Origin: a virus
Lineage: Duplodnaviria; Caudoviricetes
IMG/VR virus record: IMGVR_UViG_3300027914_000334
Location: 32,001 to 96,000 of that record
Strand: one strand, 5' to 3'
Length of the DNA stretch: 64,000 nucleotides
Position 1 is the first letter of the stretch, and each line of letters starts with the position of its first letter. Shown here piece by piece: positions 29,833 to 39,135 of this stretch. The position numbers were made by a program, and so were the translations under genes. Under the pieces are notes generated by a model. That model was not told the DNA's origin. It saw only the letters and a program-made list of their open reading frames with translations, and did not search any database.

Positions 29833-30210
29833 GTGTTTTATTATCGTTTAGGTAGTTATGGTTATGAATGTAGCGATTTTGTCACCCTTGCAAACGACAA
29901 AGAATTCACAGAATCTGAATTCGAACAATGCGTGATCGATGTAACCCCGTCTGTAATCGCGCAATATATAGAAGATTGTATCAAAGAATGTAACTACTCC
30001 CCAAACGCAGTCAAATTCGACGACATTGATAACATGGTAGTCGAAGCCCTGTGTAACAAGTACGGCTTCCAGAAGGTAACTCCCGTTTCGACAATCGCAA
30101 TATGGAAGTTTCTTGATCTTTGTCGTAAATATTCTGTCAACGAATACATGGATACCAACGTCACCAAAAATATAAGAAAGGCATACATGGAAAAATATGT
30201 TCAGCGATAA
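29833..30210 (+). CDS. hypothetical protein
   Basis: GGAGG RBS, GTG start. Confidence 0.6.
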   Translation: MFYYRLGSYGYECSDFVTLANDKEFTESEFEQCVIDVTPSVIAQYIEDCIKECNYSPNAVKFDDIDNMVVEALCNKYGFQKVTPVSTIAIWKFLDLCRKYSVNEYMDTNVTKNIRKAYMEKYVQR

Positions 30211-30365
30211 AGATGTGATTACGATGCAGTATGAAATGATGAAAATGGAAGAACTTCTACAGAATGTTAAATGCAAATCAAACAGTCAGTATGAGGTTGA
30301 TAGGATAGCCGAGTTTTTAAGTGCTATAAGGGAGTTTCAGGCATACCTTAACCGAGTTTACTAAC

Positions 30366-30638
30366 ATGGTGGTAAACGAATACCGACAAACAGGTGTATG
30401 GAAGAAATGTTCCAAGTGTGGAAATGTAATAAGTGTTGCTAGAGATAGCGACACGACTACAAATTACTCTGGAAATACAGAAAGCTCATATTCCTGTCCA
30501 CAATGTAAGACCACATACATTTCCACTAAGCCATATGATAGATGTATTACACCTAAGTCAAAACCAAAACATTACTGTAAGATTTGCAATAATTCTGGAT
30601 ATGATCGTAAAGGTAAACCTTGTAGAGATTGTAGATAA
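30366..30638 (+). CDS. zinc-finger protein
   Basis: four CxxC motifs. Confidence 0.6.
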   Translation: MVVNEYRQTGVWKKCSKCGNVISVARDSDTTTNYSGNTESSYSCPQCKTTYISTKPYDRCITPKSKPKHYCKICNNSGYDRKGKPCRDCR

Positions 30639-30807
30639 GGAGCTAATAAATGTATCACTTATTGTATAAGTCGAAGATCGGAGGCGTCTTTCTTGCCTCT
30701 TTCGAGCATATAGCAGAATTCGATGCCTTTATCGAAAGAACCGGAGACAATACGATATGGGCAAAGGCTATCGATGACGATGGGAAGGTTCTGAGGATAT
30801 ACAATCA

Positions 30808-31191
30808 ATGAAGCGAGATACATTTGATACGTTTAAAGCTGTAGAACAACGATACCATGAACTGAAAGAAGAGATTTCTACAGATGCGATAATGGTAGCG
30901 AAGAATGTAGCGAAAATTCGCGGGGAACACATCAATGGTTCTTCGTATAACGTGGAGTTTGACGAAGAAAACGTAACAATAACGGCTTTTAACAACGATG
31001 ATTATGATATTATGACCTACCCATTGGAATATCTCTGGAATAAGGACTATCTCGCAATAGAACAGAAGAGGCAAGAACTTCTGAGGATGGAGATGGAACT
31101 ACAACGGAAAGAAAGAGAAAAACTACGGGAGATAGCAGAATACGAACGATATCTTGTGATGAAAAGGAAATACGAACCAGATGAGCAATGA
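30808..31191 (+). CDS. hypothetical protein (paralog of 31420..31665)
   Basis: AK.VAK.R...YPLEYLW shared with the paralog. Confidence 0.6.
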   Translation: MKRDTFDTFKAVEQRYHELKEEISTDAIMVAKNVAKIRGEHINGSSYNVEFDEENVTITAFNNDDYDIMTYPLEYLWNKDYLAIEQKRQELLRMEMELQRKEREKLREIAEYERYLVMKRKYEPDEQ

Positions 31192-31420
31192 AGTAAAAGT
31201 AACTTATAATGGAATTGGATTTTTCGGGCTTCTTACAATCGTATTGATTGCTCTTAAATTAACTGGACAAATCACATTGGGGTGGTTGTGGATTCTTGGA
31301 ATTCCGTTCATTCCTGTGTTAATAGCCAATGGAATTTGGCTGATTATAGGATTCTTTGCCTTAGCTGGAGCAACGGTAGTATGTGTGACTAAGTATATAC
31401 AAGACAGGAAATACCGATAA
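31181..31420 (+). CDS. small membrane protein
   Basis: GIGFFGLLTIVLIALKLTG.I...W.W, a common phage two-TM family. Confidence 0.7.
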   Translation: MSNEVKVTYNGIGFFGLLTIVLIALKLTGQITLGWLWILGIPFIPVLIANGIWLIIGFFALAGATVVCVTKYIQDRKYR

Positions 31421-31665
31421 TGGATAAAGATTTAATAGAACAATATATCCTACTAAAATCACAATTGGATATGATTGAAAGCGATATCAAGGCTCACGCA
31501 TCCAATGTTGCTAAGGAAGTTGCCAAACTTAGAAAAATAGAGACAAGTGAACGGTGCGATATCAATATAAGCGATACTAATATTTGTGCAACATGGAGAA
31601 CAATGTTTGGAGTTTCATGGGTTAATTTCCCACTTAGCTACTTATGGGACGGCATAGATGAGTAA
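31420..31665 (+). CDS. hypothetical protein (paralog of 30808..31191)
   Basis: AKEVAKLR...FPLSYLW. Confidence 0.6.
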   Translation: MDKDLIEQYILLKSQLDMIESDIKAHASNVAKEVAKLRKIETSERCDINISDTNICATWRTMFGVSWVNFPLSYLWDGIDE

Positions 31666-31763
31666 AAAGTTGGAAAATGAAATCTGGTTGATGCTTCTTA
31701 AATTTCTAGGAATTTGTTTATCTGTAGGCACTACATTACTCTATATCATATCTGGAGAATAAA

Positions 31764-32135
31764 ATGAACAAACCAAAAATAGGATATAAGGTTGTAGAGA
31801 TAAGAGATGGCAAATATTTTTCTTCGTCCACCAATTCAAGTGCCAAAAAGCGATACCATATTAATCGTTTTGTAAAAAGACGCCCCTATTTTGGGGCACT
31901 GTGTCTCTTTAAAAATCTAAAAGACGCAAGAAAATATTCTGAAATGTTCGTTCAACAGTTTGTTATATTTCAAGCAGAATATATTCCTAGTGAGGATAAA
32001 GCTCTATGGGATACACGATATTCTGAAAAATTAACCGCTGAATTGCTGGTTAGACGCTATCATTGTATGTCTACTTTTAAAAAGAGCAATATTCTTTTCG
32101 CAGAACAGATTAAACTATTAAAGGAAGTTAAATAA
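31764..32135 (+). CDS. 'KIGYKVV' family protein, copy 1
   Basis: KIGYKVV..SS..Y.IN..V.R...G.LCLFK...I.FAE.IKLL. Confidence 0.7.
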   Translation: MNKPKIGYKVVEIRDGKYFSSSTNSSAKKRYHINRFVKRRPYFGALCLFKNLKDARKYSEMFVQQFVIFQAEYIPSEDKALWDTRYSEKLTAELLVRRYHCMSTFKKSNILFAEQIKLLKEVK

Positions 32136-32203
32136 TGTATCGTTACTATGCATTATATTTCTGGCGTTGATGGCTCTTAGCAATTTACATTAAGGAGATA
32201 AAT

Positions 32204-32494
32204 ATGTCTGAAACTACAATGTCTTTGACGGAAATGACGGCTGATGGGATCGAGAAGTTTTATGCCTCCTATCTGGAAGTGAAGCATATTATTTCGATGC
32301 ATCGCCAATGGAGAAGGGCACGAAGCACGATGAACAGGTATCGCCGCCGCAAGGGAGAGGAACAAAGGCTTGTCGGGGATTTGCCGATGCTGAAGATTCA
32401 CATGCGCTGTAAACGTCTGTATAGCTTTGGCCTGAGAACCTACATCTTTGCAAAACGGACGATGCAAGAGAAAGGCGAGTGGGGCAAATCGTGA
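32204..32494 (+). CDS. basic hypothetical protein (paralog of 34280..34567)
   Basis: AAGGAG RBS; NRYRRR motif. Confidence 0.6.
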   Translation: MSETTMSLTEMTADGIEKFYASYLEVKHIISMHRQWRRARSTMNRYRRRKGEEQRLVGDLPMLKIHMRCKRLYSFGLRTYIFAKRTMQEKGEWGKS

Positions 32495-32880
32495 AACCAA
32501 AAATCGGATTTAAAGTCGTAGATGTTGTAAACGGAAAGCTCGTTTCGTCTTCGGAAACAGGCGTGAAGAGGAAGACCTATTACATAAATAAATACGTGAA
32601 GAGAAACAAGAAATACGGCCCTTTGTGTCTTTTTAAAACGTTATCAGCCGCAAGACAATACTATAAGAACATTAACAATCTAGGTGCAGGGTTGCGCTTT
32701 CGTATATATAAAGCAGAATATAAGGGTAGCAAAGATACAGTATTTATATATACTTCGGGTCGAAAGATAACATTGGAAGTCTTGGTAAACATTAATTCTA
32801 CAGGCTCGTTGCGGAACATTCCTATCGGAGATTTCCTTGTAGCAGAAAGCGTAAAACTTCTAAAGGAATATCCTAAGTGA
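32479..32880 (+). CDS. 'KIGYKVV' family protein, copy 2
   Basis: same motifs; start is probably the GTG at 32491. Confidence 0.7.
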   Translation: MGQIVKPKIGFKVVDVVNGKLVSSSETGVKRKTYYINKYVKRNKKYGPLCLFKTLSAARQYYKNINNLGAGLRFRIYKAEYKGSKDTVFIYTSGRKITLEVLVNINSTGSLRNIPIGDFLVAESVKLLKEYPK

Positions 32881-32901
32881 AGCTAAAATATCTAAAAGAG
32901 A

Positions 32902-33339
32902 ATGCAAAACATGAGCAAACATACAACATATAGAAGCGTTGATGAGACAAGGAGATTAAATTTTAATATGGATATTGGATATAAAGTTGTATGTCGTATA
33001 TCTGATAAATATATTTCATCTTCACAGTTGGGAAAAGCGAGAAAACGATATTTTGTAAATAGATTCGTTGAAAGATGCAAAAACTTCGGGCCGTTGTGTC
33101 TTTTTAAGACAAAAACAGCAGCAATAGCATATATTTCATATCTTGTTGATTCGGATGTATTTTGTGATTTTCGTGTATTCAAATCAGAATATATTCCTAG
33201 TAAGGATAAAGCTCTATGGGATGAATGTAATGTTAGATTAACATATGAAGATTTAACAAAACATTATCCTGTGATTGCTAGAATCAAAAAAGCCGATATT
33301 TTGTTTGCAGAAAAAATAAAACTCTTAAAGATATGTTGA
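32902..33339 (+). CDS. 'KIGYKVV' family protein, copy 3
   Basis: same motifs; shares EYIPS.DKALWD with copy 1. Confidence 0.7.
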   Translation: MQNMSKHTTYRSVDETRRLNFNMDIGYKVVCRISDKYISSSQLGKARKRYFVNRFVERCKNFGPLCLFKTKTAAIAYISYLVDSDVFCDFRVFKSEYIPSKDKALWDECNVRLTYEDLTKHYPVIARIKKADILFAEKIKLLKIC

Positions 33340-33386
33340 AATGTTACATATAATATACGAGAAATTAATGGTAAAAGGATAACTAT

Positions 33387-33620
33387 ATGGAAGTAAGAAT
33401 ACAAGACGCCTTCGATGATAGAATTACGTATTATGATGGTAAGTTACACGAAGCACTGGTTCAGATAGGTGTAAAATTCAAAAAAGTATGGTTTGTTTCG
33501 CAATGGGATCAAGTCATTTCCAGTGATTTTGAAAGTTTGTGTATTTCAAATAATTATAAGTTTGAAAATGTCGCACTCGCTACAAAGGTAGAGTTGTTGG
33601 AAGAAGTAGATCGTCTATAA
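33387..33620 (+). CDS. chimeric hypothetical protein
   Basis: N-terminus VRIQD..YYDGKLH as in 33853..34287; C-terminus resembles the KIGYKVV family. Confidence 0.5.
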   Translation: MEVRIQDAFDDRITYYDGKLHEALVQIGVKFKKVWFVSQWDQVISSDFESLCISNNYKFENVALATKVELLEEVDRL

Positions 33621-33633
33621 AGGATAAAGTAAT

Positions 33634-33849
33634 ATGCAGAAGAAAATACCGGTACGTAATCTTAAATGCGGTATGATAATAGATTACAAGGGAGAAGTAT
33701 ACAAGGTCTTGTATGATGCAAATGAATATATAAATGTAACGAACAAAAAATTTGCAAATATCGCAGTTGTTGTAACATTTCAAGAAGAACCTATTAATAT
33801 GGTGGAATACAAGGACTTCGACCTTGGGATTACTCTTGTAAGGGAATGA
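33634..33849 (+). CDS. hypothetical protein
   Basis: ORF in operon flow with RBS. Confidence 0.55.
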   Translation: MQKKIPVRNLKCGMIIDYKGEVYKVLYDANEYINVTNKKFANIAVVVTFQEEPINMVEYKDFDLGITLVRE

Positions 33850-33852
33850 AAT

Positions 33853-34287
33853 ATGGATGATTTGAAACAAGAATTGTTGAGGAAAGAAGAAGAAATCGCA
33901 ATTCTGCAAGCAGACCTTCGTTCATGGGTAAGGTTGGGTAAAATGTGGAGGAAAAGCATCCCTACAAATTACGCTTTGTGTCCTTCGGACGCAGGTATAG
34001 AAGCTTCGGAATCCCTCGTAGGCCCGGTAAAAGAACCGGAAGAATACGAGATACACGATGTATTGAAGGAGATAAGAATGGAATATGCCGATGTAAGAAT
34101 ACAAGACAAGGAAGCTTCGTGGATTGTGTATTACGAGGGCAAGTTGCACATGTCCTTGCTTTCAACAGGAAAGCTTTTTAAGATAGAAAACAAATATTAT
34201 CGAGTAAAAGACGTAATTGTTGATCTGAGCGAAGATTATAATCCGATTGTATTGCTGGTAGAGCGAATACACAATCCTGTTGAATAA
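33853..34287 (+). CDS. hypothetical protein
   Basis: ORF in operon flow. Confidence 0.55.
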   Translation: MDDLKQELLRKEEEIAILQADLRSWVRLGKMWRKSIPTNYALCPSDAGIEASESLVGPVKEPEEYEIHDVLKEIRMEYADVRIQDKEASWIVYYEGKLHMSLLSTGKLFKIENKYYRVKDVIVDLSEDYNPIVLLVERIHNPVE

Positions 34288-34567
34288 AGGCGGAAATATG
34301 AAGAACCCGTTTGAACGGAAATCCCTGAATATTGCCTTTCGGAAGCTGTATAGGGGAGATAGCCCTAGAATAGAGACGGAATATCGCAGGATATACGTTA
34401 AACACAGACAAATGTTGAAAGCGGCTTCCAAAATCAATAGATATCGTCGCAGAAATGCGAACAAAGCAATTAAAACAAAAAGATCGCAAGTAAGGTTTAA
34501 TAATTATCCTCCTGAATTTCTTTTGACAGAGAGATTGCGCCTTTCCCTGTATACAAGCCGGTCTTAG
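34280..34567 (+). CDS. basic hypothetical protein
   Basis: NRYRRR paralog of 32204..32494. Confidence 0.55.
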   Translation: MNKGGNMKNPFERKSLNIAFRKLYRGDSPRIETEYRRIYVKHRQMLKAASKINRYRRRNANKAIKTKRSQVRFNNYPPEFLLTERLRLSLYTSRS

Positions 34568-34694
34568 AAGATAATTTCGTTTTTAAAAACACAGATTTTC
34601 TATATATAGAAAGGTAAATACGTGGATATCGAGATAACTGTAAAGCACGAAAACAAAAGAGTTGCAATGCAGATGAGCAAGTACGAATACGACT

Positions 34695-34994
34695 TTGCAA
34701 GATACAAAGGAGAAGTCTTGCAGTATATGGTGGATAGATTGCTGGAAACAATGCAAAAGGAAATCGAGAAAGATGCAAATACTTCTGGAAACAAAGTGTA
34801 ATTGCCGTAGAGTTGTAAATATATACGAATCAACTGTCGAATATGGACAGAGATATATTGTTCCTCTTCCTAATCCTATTGAGTTGTTGGAAGCAAAGAA
34901 ATGTCTTGTGGATAGATGGAATACATATAGAAGATTTGTATTCAGAGGTAGATATGATCTTAGCACTGGATTGCCGGTATTCGAGGAGGAATAA
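34695..34994 (+). CDS. hypothetical protein
   Basis: ORF; start uncertain. Confidence 0.4.
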   Translation: MQDTKEKSCSIWWIDCWKQCKRKSRKMQILLETKCNCRRVVNIYESTVEYGQRYIVPLPNPIELLEAKKCLVDRWNTYRRFVFRGRYDLSTGLPVFEEE

Positions 34995-35134
34995 TGAAAT
35001 TCGCATACAAAGTTGTGGATATAGACGAAGAAGGTAAGTTCGTATCCTCTTCGGAAACAGGAAACAGGCAGAAACGGTATTACAGAAATCCCCTTTTTAT
35101 AAACGTAGATTTTCTATATATAGAAATTAATTAG
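34994..35134 (+). pseudogene. truncated 'KIGYKVV' family copy
   Basis: MKFAYKVVDIDEEGKFVSSSETG..KRYY, then runs into the TTTCTATATATAGAAA palindrome and stops. Confidence 0.6.
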
Positions 35135-35162
35135 TAGAAATTAAACACCGAAAGGAACAAAT

Positions 35163-35372
35163 ATGCGAGATAAATATACATACGGTAGAATCCGTTACTT
35201 TTTCAAGAGGCAATATAGGTATCTGGATAGCCCTTACAGAAGGGAAGAAATGCGTTCTGCATATAGAAGGTTGAATGTAAGGAAAGCAGGAGAAAGGAAG
35301 ATCGTAAAATCTCTGAACAAATATTGGAATCGTAAAGGAACAAGATATATAGATATTTGGTGTAAGATGTAA
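35163..35372 (+). CDS. basic hypothetical protein
   Basis: AAGGA RBS; last gene before the terminator. Confidence 0.55.
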   Translation: MRDKYTYGRIRYFFKRQYRYLDSPYRREEMRSAYRRLNVRKAGERKIVKSLNKYWNRKGTRYIDIWCKM

Positions 35373-35383
35373 ATACTAAGCAC

Positions 35384-35422
35384 AAAAAAGAGGCTAGGTT
35401 TATTTCCCTAGCCTCTTTTTTT
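35384..35422. terminator. bidirectional intrinsic terminator
   Basis: AAAAAAGAGGCTAGG-loop-CCTAGCCTCTTTTTTT. Confidence 0.85.
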
Positions 35423-36812
35423 GTATATATTATATGCGAGTTTAAAAACATACCGGGGGGTCTTCAAGAATTTGGAAAACAAAGATGTTTTCTGTATATA
35501 TGCAATCGAGTAGATGCAATAGAGTAGATGCAATAAGGGAATAAATTGGGATAGATTAGCGTAACAACACGGGATATGCCTTTTGTTTTAAATATCTAAA
35601 GGGTAAATAATTGGGATAAGGTAATACTTGCTTTTGTTTTTGGTAAATATTTAATAAGGGAATAATCTGTAGGATAGGGATGGATAATATATTTTGGCTG
35701 ACGTATAAGAAGTGAGTTGTAGTGAGGCCCGGTGGCTTGCCGATTTTTGGAAATGCTAACATTTTTCTGTACCCTCAAATCCGCATGAACACTAGCTTTC
35801 CCGGCATTTCCCGGCATGAAAACGTATACCTTGAAATAATCTACCCTTACAGAACGCCGTAGTAATGCGGCTTTGAGGGAGTACGCCGTTGTGTAACAGA
35901 TATAATATCGGATAAAAAAGTTAGTACGGTACTAACAGATATACTACCATATAAGAAAGTTAGTACGGTACTAACACGGGAAATTGACTTAGTAAAATAT
36001 TTCCCTTGATTATCAGAATAACGATAATATATCCACAGATATCTACCTTGTTCACTTGGTTATCAGATAATTGATAATATATACACAAGTATACTTCCCT
36101 GTCTGGCCCTGTCTGGATCGGCGCATTCATCGCATACGGGAAAACATGCCCGTACGGCCCCGGAAACGGCCCGCCATTGCGTCGAAACTGGCATGGTCAA
36201 GATAATATTCAAACGCCCACCTAAATCGTCCTACGGGCACGCCAGACGGCTTAGAATGGAGAATGTTGTACTGAAGCCCTAAAGCACCGCACAAAAAAGG
36301 GTAAAAATAGAGAATTCTTTATAAATCCCGTTTTGATTTTATCGCGTGCGTGAATCGCACACAACATGCCTCAAAGCCGCATTACTACAAGGTTTCAATG
36401 GATCGTAAAATAGCATAGTATGCTATATTCTATTGATAGAAAGCTAGTGTTCATGCGGGTTTGAAGCTTGTGCATTTATCGCACGCGATGAGAAAAACGT
36501 GCGCTTTTCACACAACATAAAGAATTCTTTATCCGGTTTCTCATGCCTCAAAGCCGCACCAGTAAAGGATTCTAGCGATAGTTTGTGAAAAATTGAAAAT
36601 CTGGAAAAGCGGGAATGGCCTTGAACACCGCACCAGTAAAGGATTCCAGCGGGATAGTATATCGGTCGATATTTGGCCGATAGGCTAGAATACAGGGGTT
36701 TCCGGCCTTACCTAAAACGTGAACCCGCTGACATAGGCTTCAATACAAGCGTTAGCGGGGCATGAAAAATATTTTGCCTCTAGGAACCGCACCAGAAGCG
36801 GTGTTTCAAGAG
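35423..36812. repeat. ~1.4 kb non-coding region with direct, inverted and palindromic repeats (origin/terminus/enhancer candidate)
   Basis: exact 20-bp IR 35859-35878/36369-36388; ~26-bp IR 35775-35800/36439-36464; duplicated GTTAGTACGGTACTAAC; CCGCACCAGTAAAGGATTC x2. Confidence 0.8.
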
Positions 36813-36829
36813 TTGGCACGGCGATTGCA
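36813..36829 (+). promoter_or_regulatory. sigma-54 (-24/-12) promoter
   Basis: TTGGCACGGCGATTGCA matches YTGGCACG-N4-TTGCW; hairpins start at the expected +1 (~36840), followed by an RBS and ATG 36918. Confidence 0.75.
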
Positions 36830-36917
36830 AGTATAAGCTCGTCCGGTTTGGGATCGACCCCCAAACCGGACGACCCGCCGGTTTTACGGCGGGAAATCGA
36901 ACCTAAGAGGTGTCATC

Positions 36918-37115
36918 ATGATTGACTTGAACCGCTTGTCTCAGCTTCAAGAAATGGCGCGAGTTGTCCAGAACTCGCCCGAATACCAGCTCACGCGGAC
37001 GTTGAACCGTATGATCCGCATCGGTAAGGCGTCGACGGCCGACCATGTCGTTTTGGCTGACAAGGCCGAGACCGCCATGATGCCCGTGTACGAAAAGAAC
37101 GTCTCGAAAAACTAA
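36918..37115 (+). CDS. first gene of the putative early region, hypothetical
   Basis: AAGAGGTG RBS; GC-richer codon usage. Confidence 0.65.
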   Translation: MIDLNRLSQLQEMARVVQNSPEYQLTRTLNRMIRIGKASTADHVVLADKAETAMMPVYEKNVSKN

Positions 37116-37282
37116 CATCTTTGTCAAGGCCGTACTATGCCGCGAAAACCGGCATAGTACGGTACGGCCTTGACATCTTTACCTAGCATGTTTTCCGCCT
37201 TCGGGCCGATACATGCAGGAAGAGTACGCATGTTTTCTATTGAGCGAGTGAAACCTTGCTTATATAGGAATACTGCGTACGA

Positions 37283-37705
37283 TTGAGAGGTAGTATGGAT
37301 AGGAAAACTTGGTTACTCAAGACATCACGTCAAGGGTATCTTGACGGCCGTGCCATGATTAACGAAGTCAAGTCAATTCGGAAAGAATTGAGACTTGACG
37401 AAAGAACGGCCGTAATTGTCGATACCTTACTTGACACGGCACGCCGGGAAAGAATTATCGGCATACCATACAATTTTAACGCTTATCTTTTACAATGTAA
37501 GCGTCAAAAGATAGAATATGCTATCTCTGACCATATCAAGGGGGGTTTGTATCTCGACTTGCGTTCATGTTCTGATAAACAACGAAACTATTTCCTGCAC
37601 GGCCTAAAATCGGCAAGCTTGCAGGAAACCGTCGGCACCGACACCGACGTAAAATACGGCGCAACTGCCAGATTGAGCCCGACCGTGCAGAAAATGCGGA
37701 AATAA
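37283..37705 (+). CDS. hypothetical protein
   Basis: ORF followed by the first repeat element. Confidence 0.6.
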   Translation: MRGSMDRKTWLLKTSRQGYLDGRAMINEVKSIRKELRLDERTAVIVDTLLDTARRERIIGIPYNFNAYLLQCKRQKIEYAISDHIKGGLYLDLRSCSDKQRNYFLHGLKSASLQETVGTDTDVKYGATARLSPTVQKMRK

Positions 37706-37812
37706 AAAAAAAGGATTTTACCCTGCATAGAAATATGCAGGGGTATTCTTGTTTGAGGACGTTTTGACACGTTCCTCGAAATAAACCATTTCTATATAAA
37801 GAGGGATATATT

Positions 37813-37893
37813 ATGTCAATTATTATACCGATATCTTTATTTTGTGCTGGTTTCCTGTCAAGGGAACTATTGTTGCTTATCGACTACAAGTAA
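37813..37893 (+). CDS. 26-aa hydrophobic micro-ORF
   Basis: GAGG RBS; sits alone between two repeat elements. Confidence 0.45.
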   Translation: MSIIIPISLFCAGFLSRELLLLIDYK

Positions 37894-37991
37894 GTCAATG
37901 CCTTGCATTTACCTTTACAGGTAGTATGCAAGGCATTTCCTTGTTTGAGGGAAGCTAAATTCCCTTCAATATATTTCAAAGGAGAACTAAT

Positions 37992-38210
37992 ATGTTGAAT
38001 GAAAATCAGCTACGTAACATGGAAGGATTGAAGTTACAAGAAATCAAGTCTCCCCTTTCACGTCTCTCTCAGGGCAATCTTCCCGATCTCGTTCGGCTCA
38101 ACGGACGAGATTATGAGATGTTGTATCGCTCAGGCGATATAACAGTGTGGAATCTTCTGGGGAAGTTCAATTCCATCCCCACCAAGACCTTGCTCTTGAA
38201 AGTAGAGTAA
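37992..38210 (+). CDS. hypothetical protein
   Basis: AAAGGAG RBS after a repeat element. Confidence 0.65.
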   Translation: MLNENQLRNMEGLKLQEIKSPLSRLSQGNLPDLVRLNGRDYEMLYRSGDITVWNLLGKFNSIPTKTLLLKVE

Positions 38211-38458
38211 GGAAAGGATATGGAAATTGCAATCGTTTTGTTTATTCTATTCGGCATGAGATAAGATAACTCGATCCCCTGCATACTTGGAATATGCAGG
38301 GGATTTCCTTGTTTGAGGGAATTATTTTCTATATATAGAAAATCTAGGTTTTTGTTTACCTAGAAATTCTATGTATCCCTCATCCCAAGCCGATTTTCAT
38401 TTTCGGCTTGTCAAAAGAAATTCTAATTTGCCTATAATATATCAAAGGAGTTATATAT

Positions 38459-38617
38459 ATGGATGAAGTAAATGAAATTATCGAAAGATTGAAAAATTCG
38501 AATGAGGAGGAAGCTAAAGACTTCCTCCTTATCGACCTTTACGAGCGGTACGGCAAGGATAAATTCACGCCGTACCTCCTTCTGACCTCCGTGATAAGGA
38601 GGTTATTGAACAAATAA
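38459..38617 (+). CDS. 52-aa hypothetical protein (not in the ORF track)
   Basis: AAAGGAG RBS; MDEVNEIIERLK...; followed by a repeat element. Confidence 0.6.
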   Translation: MDEVNEIIERLKNSNEEEAKDFLLIDLYERYGKDKFTPYLLLTSVIRRLLNK

Positions 38618-38706
38618 AACTCTATCCCCTGCATAGAAATATGCAGGGGATTTCCTTGTTTGAGGGAAGTTAAATTCCATTCAATATATTTCAAAGGAGA
38701 TATATT

Positions 38707-38976
38707 ATGCATCCAAGTAATATTAAAACGATTGGCGCGGCAAGATGGATTTCGGATAATCTTGCCGAGTTCAAGGCCAAAAACGTCAACGATACAAAAA
38801 CGTTGACCGATGAAGAACAAGCCGCGTACGCAGAATTGGGCTGGCAACGTTCGAACGTTGTTGTCCTTGCCGACCATATCGAACGCCTCTACAAAGAGGC
38901 GCATATCATGGAAATGAAAATCCTGAAGTTACAAGCCATTATTGACCATCTCTCAGATAAGGAGATGGAAGCGTAA
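38707..38976 (+). CDS. hypothetical protein
   Basis: AAAGGAG RBS after a repeat element. Confidence 0.65.
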   Translation: MHPSNIKTIGAARWISDNLAEFKAKNVNDTKTLTDEEQAAYAELGWQRSNVVVLADHIERLYKEAHIMEMKILKLQAIIDHLSDKEMEA

Positions 38977-38984
38977 AATAATGC

Positions 38985-39013
38985 TTGACATGTCGTAGGG
39001 TGGTTATTATATT
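38985..39013 (+). promoter_or_regulatory. sigma70-type promoter
   Basis: TTGACA-N17-TATATT; shares AGGGTGGT and TATATTCATC with the 27288 promoter. Confidence 0.7.
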
Positions 39014-39135
39014 CATCCTATGACATGGGAAACAAAGAATAGCAAATCCCGGTCAGAAATGGCCGGGATTTTCTAGGTTGTAGGCAGTCAATTCGCTTGA
39101 ACAGCCTACAAAATATACCACTACAGGAGTCTTTT

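Noticed and set aside
35556-35817. Short minus-strand ORFs in the non-coding region
   Set aside because: No convincing RBS or motifs, and they overlap the repeat elements.
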